From assembly GCA_045533835.1 (NCBI GenBank), contig JAZSIM010000014.1, positions 20,874 to 84,873 of the forward strand: a stretch of 64,000 nucleotides of DNA, in the 5' to 3' direction. The notes below the pieces were generated by a model. It ran no database searches and was not told the DNA's origin. It worked only from the letters and a program-made list of their open reading frames with translations. The position numbers and the translations under genes are program-made. This document shows positions 51,684 to 61,458 of the stretch, piece after piece; position 1 is the first letter of the stretch; each line of letters begins with the position of its first letter. This DNA comes from Acutalibacteraceae bacterium (GTDB lineage: Bacteria; Bacillota; Clostridia; Oscillospirales; Acutalibacteraceae).

Positions 51684-52771
51684 AAAGGTTTGCTGTATTT
51701 CTTATCTGTATTTTCCTTCTTTTTTGCTTTTCCGTAACGGCTAGCGCCTCCGAGGTGTACGGTGAGATTTTTGATTTCTTTTCCGATGATGCTCTGTCGC
51801 TTCTCAGCGAGTTCGGAATTGATACGGACGGGCAGGGGGATTTTTTTGACATTACCCCCGGAAAGGCTCTCGGTACGGTAGCCGGGCTTTTTACAAAGGG
51901 CTTTTCCGATATTTTCCGTGCAGGGCTTACGTCCCTTACCCTTATAATTGTAGCAGCTCTCTTTACGGGATTTTTCCCCGAGGGCGGAAATCTTTTCTTT
52001 ATGGGAAAGAGTGTGGCGGTAATGACGGTTATGTTTTCAGCCGTCAGCTTTACGGGCGAAATTTTCTCGGAATGTGCTTCGGCGCTTCTGATGACAAAAA
52101 ATTTTATGCTGACACTCATTCCCGTTTTTACGGGTGTTGTTGCCGTATCGGGAAATCCTGCATTGGCTGTCAGCTTCAATTCTGTGGTCTTTGCCTTCGC
52201 AGAGGGTATAGCCCTTCTTTTCAGTAACGTTATTCCCGTAATGTCTGCCGTACTTGTTGCCGTATGCTCTGCGGGAGCTGTAAATCCCTATATGAGCCTT
52301 CAGGGGATAGGGCGGACGCTGTCACGGGCAATTACTCTGCTTATGGCGTTTGTTGCCGGTATTTTCGTTGCCGTGCTGTCCGTAAGAGGTGTTATTGCAG
52401 GTGCCGCTGACTCGGTAACCATAAGGGGCTTCAGATTTCTTATCGGTAACACCGTCCCCGTTGTCGGCTCTGCTATCGGTGAAGCCCTCAACTCCGTGGT
52501 TGCAGGCATAGGCCTTATAAAAAGCACCGCAGGTATGCTCGGTATTATGGGTATCACCGTCATAAACCTGCCTGTGCTTGTTAATATAATTCTGTGGAAA
52601 GGAGCGCTTTTCGTTATGGGTGTTACGGCGGATATTACGGGTAACAGCGAAATCAAGGGCTTTTCCGAAAGCTTAAGCGGAGTTATTTCCGTTATCACGG
52701 GAGCTCTTTGCTTTGTGTCCCTTGTGTTTATTCTCAGTATAGCAATCATCCTTACGGTAAGCAGGTCATAA
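51680..52771 (+). CDS. spoIIIAE: Stage III sporulation protein AE
   Basis: A signal peptide plus a multi-TM body; the 363-aa size fits. There is an ATGA overlap with spoIIIAD. Confidence 0.85.
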   Translation: MKRFAVFLICIFLLFCFSVTASASEVYGEIFDFFSDDALSLLSEFGIDTDGQGDFFDITPGKALGTVAGLFTKGFSDIFRAGLTSLTLIIVAALFTGFFPEGGNLFFMGKSVAVMTVMFSAVSFTGEIFSECASALLMTKNFMLTLIPVFTGVVAVSGNPALAVSFNSVVFAFAEGIALLFSNVIPVMSAVLVAVCSAGAVNPYMSLQGIGRTLSRAITLLMAFVAGIFVAVLSVRGVIAGAADSVTIRGFRFLIGNTVPVVGSAIGEALNSVVAGIGLIKSTAGMLGIMGITVINLPVLVNIILWKGALFVMGVTADITGNSEIKGFSESLSGVISVITGALCFVSLVFILSIAIILTVSRS

Positions 52772-52772
52772 A

Positions 52773-53240
52773 ATGGAGGAGCTTAAGGACTGGGGGCTTC
52801 TGCTTTTATTCTTAAGTGCGGGAAGTCTTATTTATTGCTTTTTGCTTCCCTCGGGCACGGTTTCAAAAACCGCCAAATCTGTTATAAGCGTTGTTCTTAT
52901 GTCACTTGTATTTATTCCGATGTTTTCATCCTTCGGTAATATAAGCACAGAGGATTTCGGGCTTTCCGGGGAATACGAAACGGAAAACTACGATTACCTT
53001 CTTGAAGAAGGGGTCCGTGTATCTGTTGAGGAGGTAATAAAAACAACCGTGAGGAAATTTACCTCAGTACCCTGTAAAACGGAAATTTTTATTAATAAAG
53101 CCGAAGACGGCAGCATAAATATTGAATATGTAGGTATTACCTTTGAAGCAAAGCCTCAGGCCGAGGAAAAGCTCAGAGATGCCCTTTGCGAGGCGCTGGG
53201 GATAATACCCGATATCAGGGTGGAATTGACTGATGAATAA
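52773..53240 (+). CDS. spoIIIAF: Stage III sporulation protein AF
   Basis: Two N-terminal TM helices, 155 aa, at the expected operon position. Confidence 0.75.
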   Translation: MEELKDWGLLLLFLSAGSLIYCFLLPSGTVSKTAKSVISVVLMSLVFIPMFSSFGNISTEDFGLSGEYETENYDYLLEEGVRVSVEEVIKTTVRKFTSVPCKTEIFINKAEDGSINIEYVGITFEAKPQAEEKLRDALCEALGIIPDIRVELTDE

Positions 53241-53748
53241 ACTGACGGAAAAAATTACCGAAAGGCTTAAAAAGGACAAAAAGCTTCTTATTATTGTGCT
53301 TCTCGGCTTTTCGGGAATGCTGCTCCTTCTTTTTTCCGGAGGAGAAAATAATGAGAAGCAGACACAGGAGATATCCCCGGATATTGCCGCTGTTGAAAAA
53401 AGCATAGAGGAAAGACTTGCCTCTCTCATCAAAACCGTTGACGGCGCAGGGAGAGTAAGGGTTATTGTAACCGTCGACTGCCTCGAAGAAAAATCGGTGG
53501 CAATCAACAGCGAATCCGAAAACGCAGAAAACAAAGGTGAATACAAAAACGAATACGTTATAATTGAAAGCTCGGGGGACGAAGAAGGGCTTCTTCTGAA
53601 AATTACCGCTCCCGTTATAAGAGGTGTGGGAATCACCTGCGAGGGTGCGGCAAGCCCGGGTGTCAGGCAGGAAATCATAAGGCTTGTAAGTGCATCTCTC
53701 GGTGTGCCCGTAAACAGAATATGGGTAACGAAAATGGCAAAAAAATAA
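53233..53748 (+). CDS. spoIIIAG: Stage III sporulation protein AG
   Basis: An N-terminal TM helix and a C-terminal VIRGVGITCEGAASPGVRQEIIRLVSASLGVPVNRIWV. Confidence 0.8.
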   Translation: MNKLTEKITERLKKDKKLLIIVLLGFSGMLLLLFSGGENNEKQTQEISPDIAAVEKSIEERLASLIKTVDGAGRVRVIVTVDCLEEKSVAINSESENAENKGEYKNEYVIIESSGDEEGLLLKITAPVIRGVGITCEGAASPGVRQEIIRLVSASLGVPVNRIWVTKMAKK

Positions 53749-53765
53749 CTAACGGAGGAAATATT

Positions 53766-54305
53766 ATGCACGTTCTTTTAGGTAAAAAACAGATAGTTCT
53801 TGCAGCGCTCGTTGTGGCTCTCGGCCTTGCGGTGTTTGTAAACTGGTACTATACGGGGACAGATACCCGCCTTTTCCCCGAGGGTGATGCTCAGAATAAT
53901 CTTTCTGTTGAAGCACCCGACGGCACCGCACAGCTTGTAAACGGTGAAAATCAGGCTGAACACTTCTCTGAAATCAGGCTTCAGCGAGATACCGCCCATG
54001 CCTCAGCCTTGGAGGAATTGCAGGCAGTTCTTGCATCTGCAACGGGCGAAACGGAGGCCTCTGTCACCACCGCCAAGGCAATTGAAAGGCTTCAGAATGA
54101 AATTAAAATGGAATCGGACATAGAAAGCCTTGTTACGGGCAGAACGGGCAGCGACTGTATTGCCGTAATTTCAGAAAATGCCGTTGAAATAGTAGTCCCC
54201 ACCGCCGCTCTTTCGGATACAAACGTGCTTGCCATTTCCGACGTGGTAAACGAGGTCTGCTCGGGAAAATACGAAAACATAAAAATCTCGGGTGCTGCCG
54301 GTTGA
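53766..54305 (+). CDS. spoIIIAH: Stage III sporulation protein AH
   Basis: MHVLLGKKQIVLAALVVALGLAVFVNWYY follows ACGGAGGAA. It is the last gene of the operon. Confidence 0.75.
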   Translation: MHVLLGKKQIVLAALVVALGLAVFVNWYYTGTDTRLFPEGDAQNNLSVEAPDGTAQLVNGENQAEHFSEIRLQRDTAHASALEELQAVLASATGETEASVTTAKAIERLQNEIKMESDIESLVTGRTGSDCIAVISENAVEIVVPTAALSDTNVLAISDVVNEVCSGKYENIKISGAAG

Positions 54306-54330
54306 CAAAATTACCGCCTTTCTGTATAGT
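54302..54330 (+). promoter_or_regulatory. SigmaA-type promoter candidate for the DUF1292 gene
   Basis: TTGACA, 17 nt, then TATAGT, overlapping the spoIIIAH stop. Confidence 0.5.
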
Positions 54331-54352
54331 TAAAGCAGAAGGCGGTGTTTTT

Positions 54353-54607
54353 ATGGATTATATAAATAAGGGTAAAAACGGAGAAATTATTTTATCTGAC
54401 GGCAAAAACGAGGCTGAGTTTGAATTTCTTGAGATGTATGTCCTTGACGGGCAGGAGTATGCCGTGCTTCTCCAGGCAGGGGATGATATGATAACCATAA
54501 TGAAATTTACGGAATCCGACGGCAAAAGCCCCGAAATCTACTCCGAAATCGAGGACGACGAAACCTTCAATACGCTTCTTTCAATGTACGAGGAAGACAA
54601 CGACTGA
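54353..54607 (+). CDS. DUF1292-family small acidic protein
   Basis: FEFLEMYVLDGQEYAVLLQAGDDMITIMKF...DDETFNTLLSMYEE. Confidence 0.75.
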   Translation: MDYINKGKNGEIILSDGKNEAEFEFLEMYVLDGQEYAVLLQAGDDMITIMKFTESDGKSPEIYSEIEDDETFNTLLSMYEEDND

Positions 54608-54635
54608 CCGCAGAGAAATCTGCGGTTTTGTTTTT
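54607..54635 (+). terminator. Rho-independent terminator
   Basis: ACCGCAGA-GAAA-TCTGCGGT followed by TTTGTTTTT. Confidence 0.7.
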
Positions 54636-54638
54636 GTG

Positions 54639-54667
54639 TTGCAAACAGTCTTAAAATATTATATAAT
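54639..54667 (+). promoter_or_regulatory. SigmaA-type promoter candidate
   Basis: TTGCAA, 17 nt, then TATAAT. Confidence 0.55.
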
Positions 54668-54687
54668 AACATCTCAGAGGTGTTTTT

Positions 54688-55944
54688 ATGAAATCTGATG
54701 TAATTGTTATAGGCGGCGGGCCTGCAGGGCTTATTGCCGCAGGCAAGGCGGCAGAGAGAGGACTCCGCGTAACCGTCCTCGAGAGGAATCCCCGTCCTGC
54801 AAGAAAGCTTATGATAACGGGTAAGGGCAGATGCAATGTGACAAATGCCTGCACCCTTGTAAATGAGCTTATGGAGGCAATTCCCCATAACTCCCGTTTT
54901 CTTTACGGCGCATTCTCAAGGTTTATGCCCTATGATACAATGGATTTGTTTGAAGGCATGGGTGTACCCCTTAAAATAGAAAGAGGCAACCGTGTTTTTC
55001 CCGAGTCGGACAAGGCTGTTGATATTGTTGACGCAATTGTGGCTTATGCAAAAAACAACGGCGCAAAAATCATAACGGGGGAGAGGGTGACGGCACTTCT
55101 CACCGATGAAAACGGTATAACGGGTGTTGCCACGGAAAGCGGTAACAAATATGAGGCTCCCGACGTAATTGTTGCAACCGGCGGCTGCTCTTATCCTCTT
55201 ACAGGCTCCACGGGTGACGGCTATACCCTTTCGGAGTGTGTGGGACATAACGTAACACCGCCCACCCCCTCTCTTGTACCCCTTGAAACAGAGGAATACT
55301 GGGTAAGAAAGCTTCAGGGACTTTCCCTTAAAAATGTTTCAATCACAATAAGAGATACAGACACCTACAAGGAGGTTTATACGGATTTCGGTGAAATGCT
55401 CTTTACGCATTTCGGTGTTTCGGGTCCGATGATTTTAAGTGCTTCCGCACATCTCAGGGATATAAAGCCCGGTAAATATGAGCTTTCAATTGACTTGAAG
55501 CCTGCACTTACCGAGGAAAAGCTTGATGAGAGAGTAATAAAGGATTTCGGGAAATATTCCAATAAGGCTCTCGGTAACGCCCTTCAGGAGCTTTTACCCC
55601 GTAAGCTTATCCCTGTAATCGTTAGTCTGTCGGGCATAGAGCCTGACCTTCGTGCCAACAAAATCACAAGGGATATGCGAAAGGATCTTGTGTGGCTTCT
55701 TAAAAATCTTACCTGCACTATTAAATGCACCCGTCCCATTGACGAGGCAATTATTACTGCAGGCGGTATAAAAACAGATGAAATCGACCCCAAAACGATG
55801 CAGTCCAGAAAGGTGAGAGGACTTTATTTCGCAGGTGAGGTAATTGATGTTGATGCCTATACGGGCGGATATAATCTGCAGATTGCCTTTTCAACGGGCG
55901 CTCTTGCGGGGAACAGCGTAAAAGGAGAGAACAGAAATGATTAA
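54688..55944 (+). CDS. NAD(P)/FAD-dependent oxidoreductase, HI0933/YhiN (BaiN-like) family
   Basis: MKSDVIVIGGGPAGLIAAGKAAERG...KLMITGKGRCNVTNA...GLYFAGEVIDVDAYTGGYNLQ. Confidence 0.85.
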   Translation: MKSDVIVIGGGPAGLIAAGKAAERGLRVTVLERNPRPARKLMITGKGRCNVTNACTLVNELMEAIPHNSRFLYGAFSRFMPYDTMDLFEGMGVPLKIERGNRVFPESDKAVDIVDAIVAYAKNNGAKIITGERVTALLTDENGITGVATESGNKYEAPDVIVATGGCSYPLTGSTGDGYTLSECVGHNVTPPTPSLVPLETEEYWVRKLQGLSLKNVSITIRDTDTYKEVYTDFGEMLFTHFGVSGPMILSASAHLRDIKPGKYELSIDLKPALTEEKLDERVIKDFGKYSNKALGNALQELLPRKLIPVIVSLSGIEPDLRANKITRDMRKDLVWLLKNLTCTIKCTRPIDEAIITAGGIKTDEIDPKTMQSRKVRGLYFAGEVIDVDAYTGGYNLQIAFSTGALAGNSVKGENRND

Positions 55945-56602
55945 TATAGCAATCGACGGTCCTGCAGGCGCAGGAAAAAGCTCCGTTGCAAGGCTTGCGG
56001 CAAAGGAGCTCGGTTTTATTTATATTGATACGGGTGCACTTTACCGTGCAGTGGGAATTGCCGTGCTGAGAAAAGGGCTTAAAACAGACTGCCGCGAGGA
56101 TGTTGTTTCCGTTCTTCCCGGACTTGAGCTTCAGCTTAAGTTTACGGACGGTGAGCAGAGAGTGATGCTTAACGGTGAGGACGTAAGCCGTGATATCCGC
56201 CTGCCCGAGGCTTCAATGGCAGCTTCAAACGTTTCCGCAATCCCCGAGGTGCGTGAGTTCCTGCTTGAAATGCAGAAGAAATTCGCAAGAGAAAACAACT
56301 GTCTTATGGACGGAAGAGATATCGGTACAGTAATTCTTCCCCACGCAAAACCCAAAATCTTCCTTACCGCTTCACCTGAGGTGAGAGCAGACAGAAGATA
56401 CAAGGAGCTTATGGAAAAGGGTACCCCCAAGGCTTATGACGAGCTTTTAGAGGAAATAAAGCTCAGGGACTATAATGACTCCCACCGTGCCGTAGCTCCC
56501 TTAAAGCCTGCTGACGACGCATATATTCTTGATACCTCTCATATGCCCATAGATGAGGTTGTTGCAAAAATAGTATCACTTACAAAGGAAGCTACGGAAT
56601 GA
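55937..56602 (+). CDS. cmk: Cytidylate kinase
   Basis: MINIAIDGPAGAGKSSVARLAAKELGFIYIDTGALYRA. Confidence 0.95.
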   Translation: MINIAIDGPAGAGKSSVARLAAKELGFIYIDTGALYRAVGIAVLRKGLKTDCREDVVSVLPGLELQLKFTDGEQRVMLNGEDVSRDIRLPEASMAASNVSAIPEVREFLLEMQKKFARENNCLMDGRDIGTVILPHAKPKIFLTASPEVRADRRYKELMEKGTPKAYDELLEEIKLRDYNDSHRAVAPLKPADDAYILDTSHMPIDEVVAKIVSLTKEATE

Positions 56603-58692
56603 AAATAACTCTTGCAGAATCTGCAGGCTTCTGCTTCGGCGTTGCCCGTGCCGTGAAGCAGGCAGAGGATTATATAAAAGAAGGCGTGAATGCCTGTACA
56701 CTCGGTCCCCTTATTCACAACCCCCTGTTTGTAGGCTCTCTTGAGGCAAAGGGTGTGTACGTGGCAGACGGTATTCCCGAGGTAAAGGACGGCTACACGC
56801 TTATCATCCGTACTCACGGAATAACAAAAGAGCTTTTTTCTGAAATAGAGAACAGCGGAATCAGCTTTTTTGATGCCACCTGTCCCTTCGTAAAGAAGAT
56901 TCACAGAATCGTGGAAAAGGAAAGCGCCGACGGCAGTAAAATTATTATTGCAGGCGACCCGGATCATCCCGAGGTGAAGGGAATCAGAAGCTACTGTAAA
57001 ACGGAAAGCTATGTGGTATCCTCATCGGAAGAGCTGGAATCCATTAAGAAAAATAATGGTTTTTCGGAAAATGATGCATTTTCTTTGGTATCTCAGACAA
57101 CTTTTGATGCAAAAGAGTTTAAAAAATGTGAAAAAATTGCAAAAACACTCTTCACAAACCTGAAAATATTTGATACAATATGTAATGCTACCGCTCTGAG
57201 GCAGGAAGAGGCTATCGCCCTTGCCAAGGAGAATGATATGATGATTGTGATAGGCGGACGTAACAGCTCGAATACGGAGAAGCTCCGTAAGCTGTGCGCT
57301 GAAATCACAGACACTTATCTTATTGAAGAGGCTTCCGAGCTGTCGGGAATTAAATTTGACAAGGCTTCTTCAGTCGGAGTTACTGCCGGAGCGTCCACTC
57401 CGGACGGTATAATTAAGGAGGTAATCAGAACAATGTCCGAGTCCAATGTAAACATCGAATCAGCAGTTGAAAACCAGGGACAGGTTGAGGCTGTTGAGAA
57501 CACCGAGGAAATGTCCTTCGAGCAGGCTCTTGAGGAATCCCTCAACAGCATGAACAATGATCAGAAAGTAACAGGCGTAGTTATGCACGTTGCTCCCAAC
57601 GAAATCCAGGTTGATATCGGAAGAAAGCAGACAGGCTATATTCCCAGCGACGAATACAGTGCAGATCCTACAGCAGATCCCATGAAAGAGCTCAAGGTAG
57701 GCGACGAGCTTACACTCATCATTATGAAGACTAATGATGTTGAAGGCACAATTATGCTTTCAAAGCGCCGTTATGACGCAATTAAGAACTGGGATACAAT
57801 TGTTGCAGCAAAAGAGGAAGGAACGGTTCTTGAAGGTGTCGTTGTTGAAGTTATCAGCAAGGGACTCATCGTTGTAGTTAACGGTACAAGAATTTTTGTT
57901 CCCGCTTCTCTCTCAGGCGTACCCAAGAGCGGCAGACTTGAAGATATGACAGGTAAGACCGTTAACTTCGTTGTTATTGATATAGACAAGCGCCGCAGAA
58001 GAGCAGTAGGCTCCATCCGCGAGGCTAACTCAATTGCACGTAAGGCTAACAAGGAAAAGTTCTGGGCAAATGCTGAAGAAGGCCAGAAATACACAGGTGT
58101 TGTTAAATCTCTTACTGATTACGGCGCATTCGTTGATTTTGAAGGCGTTACAGGTATGATTCACAGAACAGAGCTCTCATGGAAGAGAATCAAGCACCCC
58201 TCAGAGGTTGTAAATCCCGGTGATACAGTTGAAGTATACATCAAGGGTCTTGACAGAGAAAAGGGCAAGATTTCTCTCGGTTTCAAGAGAATTGAAGACA
58301 ATCCCTGGGAAATCCTCAAGAGAGATTATCCCGAAGGAACAGAAACAGACGTTAAGATCGTAAAGCTTACAACCTTCGGTGCTTTCGCTGAAATCTTCCC
58401 CGGTATGGAAGGTCTTATCCACATTTCACAGATCGCTTATGAAAGAATCGAAAAGCCTCAGGATGTTCTTTCAATTGACGAAACCGTTAAGGTTAAGATC
58501 ATTGAGATCGACTCCGAAAAGAGAAAGATCGCTCTTTCAATCAAGGCTCTTCTTCCCGCACCCGAGAAGAAGGTTGTTGAAGAGGCTCCCAAAAAGGATT
58601 CTGCTCCCGTAACAATGTCTATCGATGAGCTCATCGCAAAGGCAAACGAGGAAGCAGCAGCTGCTGCTGAAGAAGCAACTGACGCTGAATAA
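56599..58692 (+). CDS. ispH: 4-hydroxy-3-methylbut-2-enyl diphosphate reductase fused to four S1 RNA-binding domains
   Basis: N-terminal MKITLAESAGFCFGVARAV...ATCPFVKKIH...ICNAT (IspH Cys triad). The C-terminal repeats of the form G.V..V...G..V.. are S1 motifs. There is an ATGA overlap with cmk. Confidence 0.9.
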   Translation: MKITLAESAGFCFGVARAVKQAEDYIKEGVNACTLGPLIHNPLFVGSLEAKGVYVADGIPEVKDGYTLIIRTHGITKELFSEIENSGISFFDATCPFVKKIHRIVEKESADGSKIIIAGDPDHPEVKGIRSYCKTESYVVSSSEELESIKKNNGFSENDAFSLVSQTTFDAKEFKKCEKIAKTLFTNLKIFDTICNATALRQEEAIALAKENDMMIVIGGRNSSNTEKLRKLCAEITDTYLIEEASELSGIKFDKASSVGVTAGASTPDGIIKEVIRTMSESNVNIESAVENQGQVEAVENTEEMSFEQALEESLNSMNNDQKVTGVVMHVAPNEIQVDIGRKQTGYIPSDEYSADPTADPMKELKVGDELTLIIMKTNDVEGTIMLSKRRYDAIKNWDTIVAAKEEGTVLEGVVVEVISKGLIVVVNGTRIFVPASLSGVPKSGRLEDMTGKTVNFVVIDIDKRRRRAVGSIREANSIARKANKEKFWANAEEGQKYTGVVKSLTDYGAFVDFEGVTGMIHRTELSWKRIKHPSEVVNPGDTVEVYIKGLDREKGKISLGFKRIEDNPWEILKRDYPEGTETDVKIVKLTTFGAFAEIFPGMEGLIHISQIAYERIEKPQDVLSIDETVKVKIIEIDSEKRKIALSIKALLPAPEKKVVEEAPKKDSAPVTMSIDELIAKANEEAAAAAEEATDAE

Positions 58693-58710
58693 TTCCGCTT
58701 AATAAAAACT

Positions 58711-58747
58711 GACCTTAAGTAACTTTTGTTACCTAAGGTCTTTTTTT
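58711..58747 (+). terminator. Rho-independent terminator
   Basis: GACCTTAAGTAAC-TTTTG-TTACCTAAGGTC followed by TTTTTTT. Confidence 0.8.
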
Positions 58748-58787
58748 GTCTGAAGCTTTGATTTTGCACGATAACTGAGAGATGATG

Positions 58788-58988
58788 TCGGCACGGGAGT
58801 GCCGGACTGAAAGTTTTGTTTGAGCTTTTTCAAAAGCTCACGGTGTCAAGAGGCAGAGCCTCTTGTCGCTGTCCGCAGACAGCGAGCAAAATTCCCAATG
58901 CTTCCAAGAGTGCAGGAGGGAAGAAAAACAGTCCGTCGGACTGTTTTTCGTTGGGAACCCACGCCGGGGGTTCCCAAGTGCGAAGCAC
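58788..58988. repeat. Cluster of seven back-to-back short perfect hairpins in a convergent intergenic region
   Basis: Hairpins lie at 58788-58808, 58821-58840, 58847-58865, 58866-58885, 58924-58948, 58951-58977 and 58978-58988, for example TGAGCTTTT-tc-AAAAGCTCA and TTGGGAACCC-acgccg-GGGTTCCCAA. Confidence 0.8.
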
Positions 58989-59040
58989 ACGGGAATCAAT
59001 ACCGGAAAGAATCTCCCATTTTCATAGAAGAGGCAAAGGC

Positions 59041-61458
59041 TCAGCGTAATTTCTGAAGATTTATTATCATTCTTAAAACTTCCATAGCATTTTTCTGCAT
59101 TTCACCCGTAGTGATACCGCCTTCCTTGCCGATGGAAGCCATAAGCGTGCCGTCAGGCTCACGCTTGCCCGTTCTGTTGCCTCCGGGCATAAGAACATTT
59201 ACGCCTGCTCTTACACGGTATGCCTGATTTTCCATTACGGGGAATTCGGGAGAAGCGGAGGGCTGCATCCACCAGTCTGTCATAACACAGCCGTCATAAC
59301 CCCATTCGCCTCTGAGTATACCTGTCACAAGATCATAATTATAATGCCCCCATACACCGTTTATCTTATTGTAAGAGGTCATTATATTAAGAGGCTTTGC
59401 GGTCTTAACGCAGATTTCAAAGCCCTTGAGGTAAATTTCGCGGAGCGCACGCTCGGATACCACGGAATTGTTTTTTGTGCGTCTGATCTCCTGATTGTTA
59501 CAGGCAAAGTGCTTGGGACAGGCGCTGACACCTGAGGACTGAAGGCCCTTTGTAACCGCTGCCGCAAAACAGCCCGCATTAACGGGGTCCTCCGAGAAAT
59601 ATTCAAAGTTTCTTCCGCAAAGGGGATTTCTGTGAATATTCATTCCGGGAGCTAAAAGCACGTCGGAGCCTCTTTCTCTCATTTCTGAGCCGAGCTTTCT
59701 GTAAAGCTCCTCCACAAGCTCGGTGTTCCAGGTACAGGCAAGTGCCGTACCGCAGGGGAAAAGAGCACTGTATGCGGCAATTCTGATGCCTGAGGGACCG
59801 TCCGTTGTGGTTATGGGGGGAACCCCCTTATCTCTTAAGGAGGGAAGAACGCCGCCGAATACGCCTGCGTTACCCTTTGCTCCGAGAGGAGAGTTCATAA
59901 CGTAGTCACCGCGGGATATTGCCTCAAGCTCCTCATAGGAAAGAGTAGCAACAAAGCTCTCAAGAGTAATTTTTTCTTCCCTTACGTCGTCAAGGCTGTA
60001 TTTTCTGCCGACTGTCATATAAAGGGTTTCGGGAAGGTTATTTTCAATAGTTTCTTTAAGGGAAACCGTTCTTACGGGTACGGACTCATAGGTCTTGTAT
60101 GCATTGCCGTTTCTGTAGGATACGGAAAGACGCTTGAAGACGTTATTTTCTTCTACTGCACTGATTTCGGAAAGCTGCTCTGTAACCTCAGTTTCCTTTC
60201 TTTCCATAACACCTGCCGTTACGGTGCTTCTTACATCAAAGCCGACCTCAAAGCGGTATGTGCCGGATGAGAGAATATATGCACTTCTGAAGCCCGAAAT
60301 GCCTGCGTCATCGTAAGAGGAAAGCTCATAGAAGGATACGGAGAAAAGAACGTTCTGTTCTTCACCGGGAGCTAATTCCTTGGTCTTTGTGAATGCCTTC
60401 AGTACAATACACGGCACGGGAAGCACGGCATTTTCCTGCTTGAGATAAAGTCCCACGCTCTTTTTGCCGGGTACTGAGCCCGTATTTCTGATAACCGCAC
60501 TTACATTTACGCCTTCGTCGCCTACGGAGAAATCTAAGTCCTTTATTTCAAAATCCGTATAGGAAAGACCGTGACCGAAGGGGTACATTACCTTGTCCCT
60601 GCAGAAGGTTTCAAAATATCTGTAGCCCACGAAAATATCCTCGGTGTATTTGTTGAGATCCTTTCCGCCGAAATTATCGGAGGAGGGATAGTCCTTATAG
60701 GAATATGCAACGGTATCGGTAAGTGCACCCGAGGGGGACACTTTTCCGGTAAGCACGTCGCTGAGGCCGTTTCCGGCCTCCATACCGCCCTGCCAGCAGA
60801 TTAATGCAGCAGGGATTTTATATTTTTCAATAAAGGAGAAATCGATGATATTGCCGATATTGAGAACAACAGTCCATTTCTTAAAGCACATTCCCACAAG
60901 CATCAGCATCTTTTCTTCCTCATCGGTAAGATAGAAGCTGCCCTTCGTGAGGGTGTTTTCACGGTCCTCGCCTGCCGCTCTTCCGATAAATACAATGGCA
61001 GTATCGCTTTTTTCCGCGGCTGTGCTTACAATATCATAGGTAAGGGGCTTTTCGTCATAGCACATAGGCCAGTTACCCCAGAAGCCGTCATCGGGCCTGT
61101 TCTGCTTTCTCCATTTATCGTAAATCGAAAGGAGTTCCTTGTTGATGCTCACGTCTGCATTGATAAGTCCCTCGCGGAAGCTTACCCTGTAATGGGGCTT
61201 GACGTCACCGCCCGAGCCGTAGCCGACAAAGAAGGTATCTCCCTGTACTCTGCCGAAAAGAGAAACGGTTTCTTCAGCCTTCAGGGGCAGAATCCCCTCG
61301 TTTTTAAGAAGAACTATGCTTTCTGCCGCCGCCTGACGGGATAGCTCATCAATGCCCTCAGCCATGGAAAAGCTTTTGTCTATATCCTTTCCGGAGGTCT
61401 GTGAAACGGAGTTTGCCACAAGTGTCACTATTTTGTTTACAGGCTTTGGTAATTTCAT
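59041..61458 (-). CDS. Glycoside hydrolase family 3 (beta-glucosidase/BglX-like)
   Basis: ESIVLLKNEGILPL, GVSACPKHFACNNQE and CVMTDWW (GH3 nucleophile region), plus a C-terminal FnIII-like segment. Confidence 0.88.
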   Translation of the reverse strand: MKLPKPVNKIVTLVANSVSQTSGKDIDKSFSMAEGIDELSRQAAAESIVLLKNEGILPLKAEETVSLFGRVQGDTFFVGYGSGGDVKPHYRVSFREGLINADVSINKELLSIYDKWRKQNRPDDGFWGNWPMCYDEKPLTYDIVSTAAEKSDTAIVFIGRAAGEDRENTLTKGSFYLTDEEEKMLMLVGMCFKKWTVVLNIGNIIDFSFIEKYKIPAALICWQGGMEAGNGLSDVLTGKVSPSGALTDTVAYSYKDYPSSDNFGGKDLNKYTEDIFVGYRYFETFCRDKVMYPFGHGLSYTDFEIKDLDFSVGDEGVNVSAVIRNTGSVPGKKSVGLYLKQENAVLPVPCIVLKAFTKTKELAPGEEQNVLFSVSFYELSSYDDAGISGFRSAYILSSGTYRFEVGFDVRSTVTAGVMERKETEVTEQLSEISAVEENNVFKRLSVSYRNGNAYKTYESVPVRTVSLKETIENNLPETLYMTVGRKYSLDDVREEKITLESFVATLSYEELEAISRGDYVMNSPLGAKGNAGVFGGVLPSLRDKGVPPITTTDGPSGIRIAAYSALFPCGTALACTWNTELVEELYRKLGSEMRERGSDVLLAPGMNIHRNPLCGRNFEYFSEDPVNAGCFAAAVTKGLQSSGVSACPKHFACNNQEIRRTKNNSVVSERALREIYLKGFEICVKTAKPLNIMTSYNKINGVWGHYNYDLVTGILRGEWGYDGCVMTDWWMQPSASPEFPVMENQAYRVRAGVNVLMPGGNRTGKREPDGTLMASIGKEGGITTGEMQKNAMEVLRMIINLQKLR

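Noticed and set aside
51634-53771. Long minus-strand ORFs (181, 149 and 235 aa) run across spoIIIAE-AG.
   Set aside because: They are antisense to a contiguous, correctly ordered spoIIIA operon, and their Ser/Pro/Thr-rich translations are typical of shadow frames.
58816-59056. Two overlapping 77-78-aa plus-strand ORFs lie in the ispH/GH3 intergenic region.
   Set aside because: They read through a train of perfect palindromes. They have no RBS, and the Arg/Ser/Pro-rich products are typical of translated hairpin repeats.
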